A stretch of 64,000 nucleotides of DNA from Octopus sinensis (taxonomy: Eukaryota): contig NC_043016.1 of assembly GCF_006345805.1 (NCBI RefSeq), forward strand, positions 11,594,001 through 11,658,000, in the 5' to 3' direction. Below are positions 62,666 to 64,000 of this stretch, in pieces. The translations under genes were made by a program, and so were the position numbers. How positions within the stretch are numbered: the stretch's first letter is position 1; every line of letters starts with the position of its first letter. A model generated the notes under the pieces. That model saw only the letters and a list, made by a program, of their open reading frames with translations. It ran no database searches and was not told the DNA's origin.

Positions 62666-63518
62666 AATACAGAGAGAAAGAAAGAGAGTGTGTGTATGTG
62701 TAGAGTAGAAGTGCGAGTAGCTAGATGTATGGACACTTGTTATCATTTACGTAGTGAGAGTGTATATGCGCATGTGTACAAATAAATATAGATAGAAATG
62801 TGTGTATGTATACATCATATGTGTTAGCGCTTATGTATATATGTATGTATATATGTATGTGCGTATGCGTGACTGCATTTTAATTTTATGGCCTCGCTGG
62901 ATAAAAACGGAGCAACGATTATGTTATTTCTACCTAAATTTGCTAGACTAATCAGTTTATAGTAAATAACATCGTAATAGTTTTTGGTAAGTCATTTCAT
63001 AGAAAGAGAGAAAGAAAGAGAGTAAGAGTCTAACGAAGTTGTTGTATGTGGGTTTTTTTGTTGTTTTTTTTTTGCTTTTTATTTATTAGAGTTTTTTTTT
63101 TAAAGAAGTAGGTCACATCACATAGCTGAGTTTACCACTTTTACGCCTGCTTATATTTGCTTTCCACTAACAACAAAATAGGGAAAAATATTACACGAAA
63201 CTTTTCCCCTTAATATTATTATATACACTTGTTTTACGTAATATAACATACACACACGCCCTTTATATATACAATCGCGCACATGCACCAATTAGTGCAT
63301 GCATATATATATACATCGGATGCGTGCGATTTTTTGTACAGGAACGTATTTCTTTTTAATATAAAATAACTTTTATCTGAAATAACACTGCAAAAATCTT
63401 GGCCAGTCAGTGTGTGTGTGTGTTTCATTATTGGAATTATGGTAATATTTGTTTTTGTTTATTTGTTTCTTTCCTCAACACACATTTGTTTACTCTCACG
63501 TGTGAGTGTGTGTGTGTA

Positions 63519-63566
<48 letters not shown>

Positions 63567-63609
63567 TATGTAGGTGAATCAGACGAGACTGGCTCGACCA
63601 AAATTGTGT

Positions 63610-63653
<44 letters not shown>

Positions 63654-64000
63654 GTGTGTGTAATATGTATGCATGTCGTATGTCTTAATTTGAGATATTG
63701 TAGTTCCCTCTCTTTGTAACTATGAAAACAAAAATAGAAAGTTTCTAACTTGATTAAGGTCGAAAAATACCCCCCACAAAACACGAAAGTAACCAGGTAA
63801 CCTTGTTTTTTAATGATAAAACTTGGAGCAAAAAAAAAAAAAAAGATGAGAAGGTAAAAAAAAAAAACACGTAGAAACGAAAGATAAATTTGACACAACT
63901 CTGTCCAGGAAGTAATTAAATTTTTTTTTTTTTTTAAAAAGACTGTCTAATTACCGCAAAATGTATAGTTTTGCAACAGTTTATTTGTCTAACTTAGTAA

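Noticed and set aside
63575-63605. CAGACGAG-actgg-CTCGACC hairpin inside (TA)n
   Set aside because: Too many core mismatches and no stem I or III.

Overview
This is AT-rich, microsatellite-rich eukaryotic DNA, intronic or intergenic, with no recognisable multi-exon host gene. The SINE/LINE families and repeat style point to an octopod genome, probably Octopus (my recognition, not a database result). Most of the window is transposon-derived. (1) A ~6.2 kb near-full-length RTE LINE (3290-9461) has an APE endonuclease, RT and a PHD-type finger. Its seven frameshifts all shift the frame the same way, so it may be intact in vivo. Its 3' UTR is expanded into a 2.5 kb array of modules and hairpins. 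(2) About 15 truncated 3' ends of the same RTE family. (3) Dozens of tRNA-derived SINEs from at least three families. (4) A decayed Tc1 element, plus piggyBac-, hAT-, mariner- and Tc2-like MITEs and a non-autonomous Helitron. (5) Remnants of RLE-type, CR1-type and Penelope-like retroelements. The most notable signal is a set of hammerhead-ribozyme motifs in several unrelated short repeats, mostly in or beside (TA)n tracts. One of these (23325-23449) has an intact catalytic core and an unusually long structured stem II. Two short, phase-1 symmetric candidate exons on the minus strand (57763-57810, 21785-21823) may belong to a host gene spanning the window. All coordinates were read by eye, and repeat boundaries are approximate.
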